Positions 1 to 20,491 of a stretch of 64,000 nucleotides of DNA are shown here, piece after piece. The number at the start of each line of letters is the position of its first letter. The stretch's first letter is position 1. The stretch is from Botryllus schlosseri (Eukaryota): NCBI GenBank assembly GCA_051294905.1, contig CM119376.1, positions 16,492,001-16,556,000 of the forward strand, written 5' to 3'. The position numbers and the translations under genes were made by a program. Below the pieces are notes generated by a model. The model had not been told where the DNA came from. It made no database searches and worked only from the letters and a program-made list of their open reading frames with translations.

Positions 1-249
1 GAGATACCCTCGACTCGAAGCATAGATCGAGTGTTGCTATTCCAGCAGGCGTTATTCTCGAAAAGGTTTATGGGTAGTGAGTCCTGAAACTCAATTAGAA
101 TTGATCACACATTGATTTTGTTTGTGCGTGTGTTTCGTTACATTAAAGCAATTTTAAGTCATTGTGGGCGTATTGTTTTCTTTCAGATCTTATCATATAC
201 CCCACAGCCATATAAAATTTTCAATATGTATCATATTTGATGGAACTCA

Positions 250-482
250 CCTTCAACAGCGGTCTTTTCACGCTTTAGGTCCAGTAATTCAGTAGGTTCC
301 TCCAAAGGCCTCTTTCTTGAATCAACTAAATAGCTCCCGTTAGGAATTTGTACTACCGCCATCATCATGCAAGCATGATTTCTGAACGTCCGATTTGTCG
401 GAGATATAAGAATATGAGGATACGACTTCGCATTAACAGAATAAACCTTTTTCGCTGACTTTGCTTCTCTTTTTCTCGTCAC
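250..482 (-). CDS. Possible exon(s) of an unidentified gene near the window start
   Basis: A good donor (GTGAGT at 250-245) follows an open, protein-like stretch VDSRKRPLEEPTELLDLKREKTAVE. Further donor/acceptor-like sites lie near 715 and 1017. No family was recognised. Confidence 0.3.
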
Positions 483-1233
483 CTGATACTTCACAAAGGC
501 TATACCATGTCGCCCTCTGACGGTCATTCTAAAATGTCAGAATTGTTCGATTAAAATAACAAGGCTACAGAACTGTTCAGTGTTCAATTCATCCCGCCAC
601 TATTTTTATCACCAACATTTTCGTTTGAGAGCACGTATGACATTATGCTGAAATCAGTGGTTCTTAATCGAGGTTCCCTCAGCCAGTGTCGGGAATGGTC
701 AGGAGGAATACTCACACTCGTGATGGCAGGCCGTCTTGGCGTCTTGGTCATCATTGGCTGCAGGCAATTAGGCATGATCAGTAGTCGAATTGTAAGTGAC
801 TTATGCGATGTGGTACGTGACGTGAAGCAGCGCCGTATGCAGGTGAAACTGGGGTTCAATCAAAATCCGAAACCCCACTCTTGTGAAATGCCGATTATAT
901 CTTCAATATTTATCAGATCATTGCAATTACGCAACTGGTAGCACGCAGTTGCGTTACGAATAAACAGCAATACGATGCCCCTTTGCAAGATGAAGCCTCG
1001 CATCTCTGAAAGGGAACTGCAAAATCCACGCTGGTAAATATTCAGAGGTGGTCGCAGTAGTAAAGAAGTATTTATACTTTTTCGAAGTACTCAAGTAGTT
1101 TTCCAAGTAAATCTGATTTTCCACTACTTCTACTTCTCCTTCGCAATATATTGTGATCTACTCAATTTAGGTCCGACGTATTTGATAGAGCGATGATCTT
1201 TCCCGTCGACCATATGCGCGTATGCCGTATATA

Positions 1234-1651
1234 TAGGGTTGCATTTAAAACAAACGTTGTTTTAAAACACTTTGTTCAAAACATGTTTTAAACAGTGTTT
1301 TTAACGAAGGCCTTTTAATTTTGTTTTAAGTTGTAAAATTATGTCATAATTGTGTAAATACTTTCCAAAAACATGTTGTATGAGCCTACGGACAATTACC
1401 ACCCGATATAGCCGACGTATATCGATATGGGATGGCTGGAACCCTCAAAATAGTCGGTTCAACATTAATAGTACAGATATTTCGTCAAAGGATCTATATT
1501 TACCTTATATTTTCAATTGTCAATGTCAAATCACTATGACGTCACAATTGAATATTCGTGAAGTCATGCCTTAAAAAAAATATGTGTTAAACTAGGTCGT
1601 TGTTTTAAACATGTTTGTTTTAAATTGATTTCTGTTTTCAATGCAACCCTA
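1234..1651. mobile_element. hAT-type MITE, copy 1
   Basis: TIR TAGGGTTGCATT(T/G)AAAAC; perfect 8-bp TSD CGTATATA at 1226-1233 and 1652-1659. Confidence 0.9.
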
Positions 1652-1661
1652 CGTATATAGT

Positions 1662-2123
1662 TAGGGTTGCATTGAAAACAAACGGTGTTTTAAAACACTT
1701 TGTTCAAGACATGTTTTAAACAGTGTTTGAAAAAAAAGCCTTTTCAAAAAAAAATTGTGTTTTTTCAAGTTGTAAAATTATGCAAATATTTGTGTAAATA
1801 CTTTACAAAAAACATGGTGTATGAGCCTACGGACAATTACCACCCGATTTAGCAGACGTATATCGATATGGGATGGTTGAAATCCTCAAAATAGTCGGTT
1901 CAACAGCAATAGTAGGCTAGGCTACATATATTTCGTCAAAGGAGATATTTTTACCCTGGAAATTCAATTGTCAATGTCAATCCACTATGACGTCACAATT
2001 GAATATTCGTGACGTCGTTGCTTTAAAAAAACCATAAAGAAACAATAAAAAACATGTTTTAAATTAGGGCCTTGTTTTAAACATGTTTGTTTTAAATTGA
2101 TTTTTGTTTTAAATGCAAGCCTA
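1662..2123. mobile_element. hAT-type MITE, copy 2 of the same family
   Basis: Same TIRs and internal sequence; perfect 8-bp TSD TATATAGT at 1654-1661 and 2124-2131. Confidence 0.9.
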
Positions 2124-2229
2124 TATATAGTTGAACGACGAGGACGCGCGTGTATTGTAGGCTTACTTATATATATGATTCCGACGGACAGAGATCGATT
2201 GAGATTTCGGGGTCATAGCGACCGCAATG

Positions 2230-3220
2230 GAGCTGCTACATCAACTTGGCAATTTCTAGTTTACCCATATCTCTTATGTTTAGAACACCGAGTCTTTTGA
2301 GCAGTGACTTTCTTGGACGCGCATTGGGGCCCTGGCTATGATACAAAGAACCTGTTGTTGAACGTTTTGCAATGGCTGGAGTGCACTAACACGAGGCTGC
2401 CACATTGGAACTTCGATTGAAATATGGATTTAAAGACTATCTATCCTATGGACCCAACGCGGCATGTAGTCTCTAAGGTTGTAGCAGAGACCACGTCAAC
2501 GTGACAATTTTGTTTGGCGACTGGATGTGACTTTTTTAAGACATGTTCGAGTCCAGTTTGTTTGTTTTGTTAACACAATTGGCGCTTATCAACAGTTGGG
2601 TCATTTGCGCCCGCACAGTACTATCATAAGTTCGTGTCTTTTGAGGTCTTTCAACATTCTTGCGTACTTTTTTTGGTCTCCGATACCGGCTTTCTTGATT
2701 TCGACTCTCTTCCCCTGGTTTGTTGAAGGCGCCGTCTTTACAGCGGTATCGGCGATGAGGAGCCCAGATATACCTCGGACACATAGAAACATGGCAGAGC
2801 CGAGACGCGAACCAGCAACCATTGTCCACTGGTGTCGTGGCGGTGTCGATTAGCACACTGTGCCACTCGCTTCCCCTTCGAGTCCAGTTAAACCCCGAGG
2901 TATTTCGTATTTCCGCGTTGGAAATCGGTTGACCAGTAATGTAAACAGTTATAGTTGTTTTCGGAATTTACGGCCAATAATTGGGAATTGGCAGCGTTGA
3001 CACAAACGTTATTATGGGCCGTCCACTGATATGCACTTTGGGTATTTAATCACTGGTCAGCGGTCACTTTGCTGTAGGCGTAGCCGTAGAGGATGTGTAA
3101 GAGGGGAGGTGATTCGTCATCACTCATCATCGAACAACGTGGTAGCCTCTGCTATGAGGAGCTTTCATAAATGTTGACAAAGCGAAGAGGACCGGCCCAA
3201 GCACTGAGCTTTGGTTAAGG
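2230..3220 (-). mobile_element. Old degenerate L2/CR1-type reverse transcriptase fragment, interrupted by a SINE
   Basis: 2300-2558 and 2877-3200 align by eye with 23820-24420 (e.g. acatgttcgagtccagt, tgggccgtccact, gaccggcccaagcactgagc). Confidence 0.75.
2559..2876 (-). mobile_element. tRNA-derived SINE with a 13-bp TSD
   Basis: TSD ttcgagtccagtt at 2546-2558 and 2877-2889. On the minus strand: A-box-like TGGCACAGTGTG, B-box-like GGTTCGCGTC, core ggtatatctgggctcctc and an A-rich tail aacaaaacaaacaa. Confidence 0.8.
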
Positions 3221-3899
3221 CCTACGTTATTGTTGCCATACGTCCGGAATTTCCGGGACGTGTCCGAAATTTCACTGTAAAAACTGCGCCCCGGAGGAAT
3301 TCTGAAATATGCCTGAATGTCTGGAATTTAGAAGGCTTGAAGTAGGCCCAAATCAAGATAAACAATATTATTTTTGAACAGATTTATGATATTTTAAATA
3401 ATTTCTTCGCGCTGCGCGTGATTTCTTGCAACGTCTATTGACTTTAGTCAAAGACAGTTGTCCTAAACCTCGGGGTGCGTCTGCCGTTATTTTGGAGATC
3501 GCGAAGATGCTAGACCAGGGGTTCTCAGCCCTTTCTTGGCCGTGGCCCATTTTCCGCTTTGAAAATGTGCTGTGGCCCACCTCTTATCTTGGAGTTATAA
3601 TCCTGTTCAATGCGTGGTAATCGACGGCGACGATGTGCCTATTTCTCTAAAACAGTGGTTCCCAACCTTCTTGTCTTCATTTCCCACTTCAGATATATTC
3701 CGAGCCTTCATTCGTCACCAGGAACGTAACAGCACTTTGTTAGCCCCGACAAAAAAAAACGTTGGTATTGGGTCCCCAGAAACCCCGCAGCCCCGCCGAG
3801 CCTGTACGCTTTTTCCCTGCAACTTATCAGCTACCTTACGTCTTCTAGTGTGTAGCCTTATTTTGACTAAACGTGCGAAGCGCGAAAAATTTATATAAT

Positions 3900-4588
3900 T
3901 CGTGTTTGAATCGCCCAATATGATCGGGAATTGCATATATTTTGCTATCAATTTTTTATCCCCTCCCTGCGCACGTAATCAGATTTACCGGTAGAACTGA
4001 GTGAGGTGTGTTGGAAAAGGTAGGAACCCTAAATATGAATTGAACATCTTGGGGCGGACCCGTTGGTATATTGACTTCGTTACATTATGCTATTTCGTGA
4101 CCTGCTATATCTGCTATGTCAAAAGATATGGAAATCGCTAAAACTACAAGGCACGCACAATTTCAAATTGGTACTGCTTTAATGGCAAATTAATTTTCCC
4201 TGCGAGATGGCATTTGTCCTGTGGGGTTCAGATCGCCAGGACAGAAACATTTGGGGCCAGCCATTTAGCCAATGAAACATATATGTATATTGTATCGAAG
4301 TTTTGGGTCACCACAAGGGCATTCCTTCTCGGCCAAGGTCTTCCCGCTGCTGATCGTTCTGGCACACTTCTCGGAGTTGCATGTTATGGCCTATAACTTC
4401 ATATGCCTTGGCGCGTCCTGGCGCAGTAATGGCCGACGTCTCCATTTCTATAGATTCTACGTATTTTCGTGGGGAAGGGTACCCAATAATCAAGATATTC
4501 GGCAATATTAAATCGCGCCACCCGCGCGAATTTTTTTTTTAATTGGGCATAAATTTGGGGGGTTCGGGGTGCGGCAGTTACGGTCCTG
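3900..4588 (-). mobile_element. Partial copy of the 21284-22583 non-autonomous hAT family
   Basis: The reverse complement starts caggaccgtaactgccgcacccc and aligns with 21284-22070; the other boundary is approximate. Confidence 0.75.
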
Positions 4589-4696
4589 TTCCCCACTACC
4601 CAACACTTTTGTCATCACAGAGCAGCTATTTGCTGGTTTGACTACACAAGACACACAACCACACCAGTACGCAAGACAATCGCCTATAACTGCAAC

Positions 4697-5097
4697 AAAG
4701 ATCATCGCTCTATCAAATATGCCGGACCTGATGTGTGGAACAGTATCCCGCCGGCCATTCGACAGTCGACGAGCATGTCCACATTCAAGTCGAAATACAA
4801 GCAATTACTACTAAATAAATACAGTCCATCCTCAAGATTACCGGACCACGACTGACCTATCGATCTCGCTTCCCATGACATGCCGCCCTATTTCTTGTAG
4901 CTTTCTTTTTCTATACTATCTTCTTTACTTTCATTCAGTGTGCATGCCTCCTCTTTACATCGCCTAGGCCAAGGTGGGTGTCAGATTCCATACACTACTC
5001 CTTGTCGCTTCGACATCTTCCTGTCTTTTCATTGTATCGCATTTTTGTGGTGTATTGAAATGATAAAATTGCTAATAAACCAATGATGATGATGATG
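4697..5097 (+). mobile_element. 5'-truncated 3' end of the same LINE family as 23232-26113
   Basis: Near-identical to the reverse complement of 23232-23635, including the ORF end (SSRLPDHD*), the 3' UTR and the (TGA)n tail. Confidence 0.92.
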
Positions 5098-5590
5098 ACT
5101 TCACCTCGGAGATAAAAGCGCACAAGTACAGCACACGCGCGTCAACGAAGAACAACTACCATATGATCAGGACAGAATACAAAAAAACGCATTGCTCTAT
5201 CAAGTAGCCTATGCCGGACCCCAATTGTGGAACAGCATCTCGCCGGCTATACGACAGTCGTCGAGCATGTCCGCATTCCAGTCGAAATACAAGCAATTTC
5301 TTCTAAATCAATACTAGCCAGTCTTCAGGATTACCGGACCACGACCGAACATCGACCTCGCCCTTCGCCACATGCCACCTCATTTTGTCGCTTGCGTCTT
5401 ATATTCTCTGCATTACTTTTCATTCAGTGTGCATGCCTCTTCTTTACTTCGCCTAGGCTAAGGTGGGTGTCTGATCTTAAAGGCTACTCCAAGTTGTTTC
5501 GACACCTTCCTATCTTTTCATTGTATCGCAGTCTTGTGATGTTTTGAAATGATGAAAATATTCATATACTGATTGACTGATTGATTGATG
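5098..5590 (+). mobile_element. 3' fragment of a related LINE subfamily with a (TGAT/TGAC)n tail
   Basis: Homologous to the LINE C-terminus (FTSE.KAHKY..) and 3' UTR, but clearly diverged from 4697-5097. Confidence 0.85.
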
Positions 5591-6110
5591 TCATTCGCTC
5601 AAAAATATATTCATGTTATCGAATTATATGTAGGCTACATAAAGCTTGTGATCCGACTCTGATCAGACGTAGTGGCACAAGCTATAGTTACAGCTGATAT
5701 GAACATTGTACAATATTGCACACCCGGTCAAAATGCTCTGAAGCATTAAATTGCCTGTTTATTGTGCTAGCTTTAGCTAGTCATTGGTATTTTTAATGCG
5801 GATCTCTGGTACACCCCAGTACACCCCATTTGAGTCGTACACCCTTTTGCAATTTCGGTACACCCCAGGGTGTACGATATACACCCGGTTGAAGAGCCCT
5901 GTTCTAGAATACCATGAGTTATCACAAGAAACTCGCACTCAAGAATGCGGGCCTCAAAGCGACTTTAAACTTAAGATTTGAGTTACGTTATTGAATACCA
6001 TTCATTCTTGTTTGAGGCACAAGCAGTGCTTGAGCACCGATTGGGATTCTTGAATTCAGGCCGTGGAAATCACCACTTCTACTTACTTCAACTTCTACTT
6101 ATGTAACAAC

Positions 6111-6219
6111 CATAGGTGGTCAAAGTAGACAAAAAAGCTTCTCAAGTAGAACTAGAAGTAGAGGAAAACTACTTGAGTACTTCCAAAAAGTAGAAGTACT
6201 TCGTTACTGAACACCTCTG
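6111..6219. mobile_element. Short hAT-type MITE (CAGAGGTGGTC family)
   Basis: TIRs cataggtggtc / aacacctctg; TSD gtaacaac / ctaacaac (7 of 8 match). Fragments of the family lie at about 1043, 20644, 28540-28675 and 49300-49450. Confidence 0.75.
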
Positions 6220-6229
6220 CTAACAACTA

Positions 6230-6704
6230 TAGGGCTGGGCAAAATCGAGTACCTGAGTGATTCGATTCTGAATCACATATTACGCTTAGAGTCCAGTCAA
6301 GTATCACTCATTATGACGTCACACCGGAATATACTATGTCAAAGTTCAAATATGTACATTTTATGCCACCACCACTGAGAATATAATGCCTGTTTTCCGT
6401 CACATTAAAGTTACTTTAGTATTTTTTCGACCATACCGATTTCATTGCACTTCTTGACCATGTTGTGGGATGATCATGACTTCGGAAATGTGTAACGTAC
6501 GGAGCTTTGTACTATGTCTCGCATGGTGTGACAAGGCCAATCAAGGTTTCAAGGATCAGTGGAAAACAGTATCGAAACTATAATTCTCGTTAGTAAATTA
6601 ACTTTGAGTTACGAGGAGCGTATCATTTCAGTACTCGAAAAAATCGTCTTTAACTACTCGACTCGAATCATTAAAATTAATACTCGATTCAAATTCGATA
6701 CCTA
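6230..6704. mobile_element. hAT-type MITE (TAGGGCTGGGC family)
   Basis: The left end tagggctgggcaaaatcgagtacc matches the inverted end at 47900-48028; the right TIR is degenerate. Confidence 0.6.
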
Positions 6705-7014
6705 GTAACAACGCTAACTGCTTTGAACGCCTCTAAATGTCAAAGTCAGGAATGCCGAAATTCTCTGCGAGTACTTCGATCTTGCTCCCGATCAGGAGAA
6801 TCGCAAAACATCTCCTTAGTTTTGTACTTTTGGGCCACGGTAGCGATCAGTTCGTTTATAGTTCAGTGGGAAATACCATAGAAAAATTACTGAAGCGTGG
6901 CGATTTGACGTTTGCAACGCATGAGTGCATTTTGAATCAAAACACATCCGAAAATAACTGACATAGCCAGCCTTCGCCCTTCGATCGTGATTTTTATTAG
7001 ACTTGGTGCATAAA

Positions 7015-8895
7015 ATGGGACGCAATCCTCGAAAGTCAGAGTATCAAAGGTCGTACCTGGTTCCAACCGAAAAATACTCTAAATCTATTCACGAGGAGTT
7101 GTACACCTACAGATGTGAGCGACGCCAGAAAGAAGCAGCTCACTTCGAAATACAATGGGACTCGCAAGATACTGGTAGTTCCGACCGTTCGGGACGAACA
7201 ACGCCGATTCAGAGTCTGTATGTACTATTTAGTGATTAGCATTCAAACCTTAACATTGAATATTCAAACTCCTTTAAGTCCACAGATTACCGGTATAGTA
7301 AATGATCAATCGTGCGACACTACTGGTGCCATTGATGCGACAAAAGACGTTCACTATGAGGAGCAGGAGGTGATTAAGCTGGCGTCTGAGGTTCCTGCAG
7401 AAGGTAGCTATACACAGATGTTATATCAGAATAAATATCACACTCTTTGCTCCTATTTGCTTCTCTCGCTGAAAATTATGGAAATCACGACCACATTTTA
7501 AGTCGGTCAGTCAGGTTTATTAATATTTTCATCGTTTCAAAACATCACAAGACTGCGATACAATGAAAAGATAGGAGGGTGTCGAAACAACTTGGAGTAG
7601 CCATTAAGATCAGACACCCACCTTAGCCTAGGCGAAGTAAATAAGAGGCATGCACACTGAATGAAAAGTAATGCAGAGAATATAAGACGCAAGCGACAAA
7701 ATGGGGTGGTATGTGCCGGAGGGCGAGGTCCTAGTTCGGTCGTGGTCCGGTAATCCTGAAGACTGGCTAGTATTGATTTAGAAGAAATTGCTTGTATTTC
7801 GACTTGAATGCGGACATGCTCGACGACTGTCGGATAGCCGGCGAGATGCTGTTCCACAATTGGGGTCCGGCATACTTGATTGATAGAGCAATGCGTTTTC
7901 TTGTATTCAGTCCTGATCATATGGTAGTTGTTCTTAGTTGAAGCGCGTGTGCTGTACTTGTGCGCTTTTGTCTCCGAGGTGAAGTAGTCCTAACATTGAT
8001 TGACCTTTGTAGTAGACATAACATTGATTGACCGTTGAAATTTCCTTCACTATTTGCCAGAGGAAAATGGGATGAGGACTTGAAGTTGATATAAAACTTT
8101 CGTCCTCACCATACTGTGGCTCTTGAAATGTATGCTCTGTCAATAGTAGAAACAGGTCCACAACCGGTAGCAACCAGTCACGGCAGGAAGAGTCAAAAAC
8201 AAAAGCCTACAACGACGGAGCCATCAGTTGAAAAACCTCCGTTTGTCACCTACGGCTGGGCAGACAAGGAACTGGACACCAGCCGCAAATTCACACACAA
8301 CGTTAATGCTAACAAGGAATACGTGAGAATCCTGCATAATACCCAAGGGAAATTCTCGTACTACATCCTATATTCCAGGTTTACCCGTCGGCGCTGAAAA
8401 GAAAGAAGGTGCTAAAGCAAAGGAGAAAAAAACACGACGAAGTACAAGCGAAAAGTCGTGCATCAATCGCCGCTGCTTTGCAATGTAGACAAAAGGTACA
8501 ACGGCCGCCCAAATCATATCCTTACAACTGAGTACCCAAGAAAATTTTTTTTTGACTGGCCGAATTGGTATTTGAATAAGCATTACTTAATTAATTGTGA
8601 GTAAATTAATCGTAATAACCCGGACGTGTTGCACAGTAACAGAGTTACACTTTTTTGAATATATTCATTCAACCGTTGGGAAGATGAAAATCATAGTCTT
8701 GTGATTGAAGAAATTTGCCATGATACTTCTGAGTATCTTTCAATTACTGCTTATACCACACAGGCTACGTTAAGCGACGTATGGATGACTGAGTATCAGA
8801 GGTGCTACTCCCGCAATGGTGCCAGCAGGCCTGTGTCGGCAGTGTCGAGTCGCGAAGAAGCAAAGCGCAAAACCAAGCGGCCTGTGACTAGATGA
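7015..8895 (+). CDS. CCSAP: Centriole, cilia and spindle-associated protein homolog, 5 coding exons
   Basis: Exons 7015-7217, 7279-7403, 8147(or 8150)-8322, 8379-8495 and 8764-8895 have GT-AG boundaries and consistent phases. The peptides KSEYQRSYLVP..EELYTYRCERRQKEAAHFEIQWD, KPPFVTYGWADKELDTSRKFTHNV and WMTEYQRCYS match the N-terminal, central and C-terminal CCSAP blocks as I recall them. Confidence 0.85.
7500..7985 (-). mobile_element. Second copy of the LINE-subfamily 3' fragment, in CCSAP intron 2
   Basis: Reverse complement closely matches 5098-5590; the track ORFs 5227..5547 and 7537..7920 are near-identical. Confidence 0.85.
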
Positions 8896-9709
8896 TATGT
8901 ACAACACACAATTATACGCTCCTAGCAATCCCGATGCAATCCGTAACACAAGGAGACACTTCGGCATATATATTTTTATTTTTTTTTGGTTTTTTTTTAC
9001 CGGTTTTAAAGATTTTGCAACCTTTATAGAAAAACGTGATAAGTTTTAGCAACAATAAAAGAATATCAGCTCGGCCGGTGGGTGATCGTGAAAAGACTGG
9101 GGAACATTTCATGTGGTTGGGAACTGCTTTACAAACGACCTCAGAAGCACTGCGTAAATAACAGAATCCAACATTAGCGTCAAGCAGCATACCAGAGGGA
9201 CATACTCGCGGTACAGATATATGCAAATGCTCACACAGTTCAGTCAAAGAATGCCCTACGACTGTTACTAAATCAGGACATACACGGGCACTGCTGCGAG
9301 CAAAAGAGTGTCGAATAAAAAAAGGAGATTGAAAAAGGCTTCCAATCTCGGCAACAAGAGTGAGAATACACACACAGAAATGACATCATTTTTTTTCATT
9401 TTTCTCATGTTAAGTTATAAAAAAGAACAGTAAAAAGGTTTAAGGACTTCCAAGATTGACCAATCACCCACCCCAGATTGTGGCAAAAAACAAATCGTTC
9501 ATTCTTCCGCGTCCAGATGCTATACCATCCTGAAGTCACAGCCCAGGAGCATACTCACCGTCAGGAACACGTATACTCATCTCTTACGCGGGTAACATCT
9601 CGTCAAGCAATATCTGTGAAAGATGACTAGTACGTTTCACCATAAAGGCGATTCAAGAACAGTATAATGTACTTACTTCGCACCCAACGCGACTTGCGGC
9701 CACAGCATC

Positions 9710-17598
<7,889 letters not shown>

Positions 17599-20152
17599 CT
17601 TACACAATTAATGTGATCCTGCAAACATGGCATGTACAAAGAGGTGATTATGCAGATAGAGACATCAACAAATCAGGCTAACTTATTTAGGTATCAAGTT
17701 CAAAGCAATGCATTTCAAGTTCATAAAAATATCACCCACAGTAGAATGTGAAGGCTGCAGATATTATATCGCCACCTGAAACCTCACTATAGCTTTACAA
17801 TCTGAAGTTCTGCGATCCTGATGGCAATGTAAATAATAAACAGTACGGTAGTATAGCCTAACGTGCAATTGTACATAATGACTTACAGATCAATCTAAAT
17901 TGGGATCTATCATCACACATTCGTTAGGCTATACGGTGGTACAGTTAACAGTATTTTCAAAACAGACAGTGAGAAGTTATTAGTTATTACCATCATGGAA
18001 AAATCCCAGATAGCATGATTTTCAACATGGTATCAAGTTTATAACACAAATCAAGCAATTGAGTTGCAGAAGTGCCTAGAGCTAGATATTCTGCTAGGAA
18101 CTACGAATTCGAATTCGCTAATCAGAATTGAATGATTCGAATCCAACTGTGACAGACAATTTTTTCGGTTACCAAAATGATAGACCCCTTTCTACTAAGA
18201 CGTATTTTATCAATATGAATCATCGTTTCTATACCTTCTTCAAACTGTCGAAGCCTTGCAATCAAGATTGATCATTCAAAACTCGTAGCACTAACGGTAG
18301 TCAATTGGTCACGCATGTTTTTAAGAATATATTTACGTGAAACAGAGATCAGTCTCAACATACTCATAAAATATTATGAAATAAGGGGGGAGACATCGAA
18401 TAGTATTGCTGCGGTGCAACTGGCATCATTTTTGGGGGTCGCCTGACAGTTGCATATTTGAACTTTCCATTTCCTTCATACTGTAATGACGCCATAATGA
18501 GTGGTGGGCTACAGCTATACGCCATGACTTTACTTGAGGACTAATACTAGATGCATAATTGATTCACTCAAGTATTTCATTTTGCTCCAGAGCCCTAGTC
18601 CTACAATAATGGAATAACAGCATTAAAATATTGTCAGTGTAAAGGTTTGTATTTAATCATAATCACTATCATACTAGACCAAAATTAGAGTTAAAAATGG
18701 GCGGAACTTCCAAAATTAGAGTGTGATTATGAATTGAATTTGCCAAATGTAAGTTCAAAGAATCGTAATTTGTCCCTGCAATAGCCCTAATCTACTTCAT
18801 AAATGATGCAATGCAATTAAGTTATCACAAACTAAGTTTGTTTATCAAAATCAATGACCAACCATAGCCAAAATGGTCGAGTATAAAATACAAATTTCTT
18901 TTTTCAGATGCTCTGATGCATGTACGAAGATCAGTAGATAATAAAAGAGCAGTCGCAAATTAGGGCCCAGGGCCATCTCAGGAATCAGCAAAAACATTGA
19001 TAAACAATCATAATACAGTCAATGCGGCCAAAGGTTGGAGGATGTCAATAGTATTCATCTCAAATTCATTCATCATTATATGACAGAAAGCAGTTGAAAT
19101 CATCTGCATTGAGTTTCTAGAGTAAATAACAGGGAGCATACAACTCATAGCCGCACCTACAAGGTGTGAAAAAACGAGGCTTGTAATTTCTAATTTGATG
19201 ACAGATATATACAGTATACACCCTGCACCCTATATGGAATCTCTGTCCATTTTTTGAAATAAATCCTGCGTGATGAGAGCTTTTCTTAATAGAATAATTA
19301 AGGAATTAAACAGAAAATCCTGCGTGACGTTGCCACCAATTCCACTCCGGCCCTGCACCAACGGGTCTAATTCTTAAACTCGACAATGCATCCCACGATT
19401 AGGACTTCACAGCGAGCAGCGATTCAAATGGTTTGCATTGATATGATGGCTGTCTTACTGTCTATTAACTAGTTAGACAATCATGCAAATACAATAATTC
19501 GTTTAATCGGCTCAATTCAATATTTTGATGTATATTATATGTTATGTCCAGTATTAAGCAATCCTTTCTGTTTCTTGGTAGCCTATACTATACTTTTGGG
19601 ATTTCATATACCAATGTCAGAAGAAGTTTCAAAGTGTTGAAATATTCATTTTCAAAATAATATCTAAAATGAAGTAGGCCAGGTGGGCAAGTACTTTGAG
19701 TGATAACTGCGCTGTCGGGCGTATCGGCTATGGCACCGTACTTTGATAAATGTAATATGTTCTGCGGTCTACAAGGCACGTGCGTGAATTCAACTCAGTA
19801 ATTCCGATACGCCTTCAGCATCGTGATAGCAAAACATAGTCGCTCCTGTCAACGAATAATTGACAATACTGGTCTCACTGTATCACGCTACGTTCCTTGG
19901 CGATTGCTGGGGGCGAATCATCAACCTCCATCGTGATTCGTGAGTTCTTTCTGATTTGATGCGATCTCAGGTTTGCTGAAGAATTCAACGGTATCACCGG
20001 CGCAAAATATCCGGTAGGAAGAACCATAAATTACACAAACCATGAGGATGTTCTCTCAAAATTTGCAAACAAATATGTCATGTTGGAGATCAGTTGGTCA
20101 TTGTTAAAATTATTACTAGTGTCAGTGTCTAGTTTCTAGTGACAGTCTACAT

Positions 20153-20491
20153 CAGGGGTCTCAAACACGCGGCCCGCGGGCCGCATGTGGACCTCCAGAG
20201 TTCAGAACATTATGTGCGGCTCGCGCACTGAGCTATATAAACGTCCCGCGGCCCGCGTCGAAAGCAAGCACAACAACAATTTTATTCAAATATTTGAAAA
20301 ATGTGGTTGCTTTCGTGCCGGCCGTGAATTGCTACATAGTAAATCACATTATCACGACGAAATGTGGACTGTGGAATGTCATTCTGCAAGGTTCCGTTAA
20401 ATAAAGCCTACTTGCTGGGGTCCGCGAGCCGCGCGACCTCATAAAAAACTAGGAAATTCACCCGCGATCAAATTTAAGTTTGAGGTCCCTG
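20153..20491. mobile_element. hAT (Charlie-like) MITE
   Basis: TIR caggggtctcaaac / gtttgaggtccctg; subterminal gcggcccgcgggccgc; flanks gtctacat / gtctacca. Confidence 0.85.

Noticed and set aside
2527-2856. Overlapping ORFs of about 100 aa on both strands
   Set aside because: They lie entirely within a SINE inserted in a decayed LINE.
6737-7025. Short ORFs on both strands just upstream of CCSAP
   Set aside because: No homology was recognised, and they overlap the expected promoter/5' UTR.
19590-19990. Possible upstream exon MEVDDSPPAIAKERSVIQ with a GTGAGA donor (minus strand)
   Set aside because: It could not be joined in frame to any downstream exon. It may be a poly(A) polymerase 5' UTR exon or uORF, but the evidence is insufficient.
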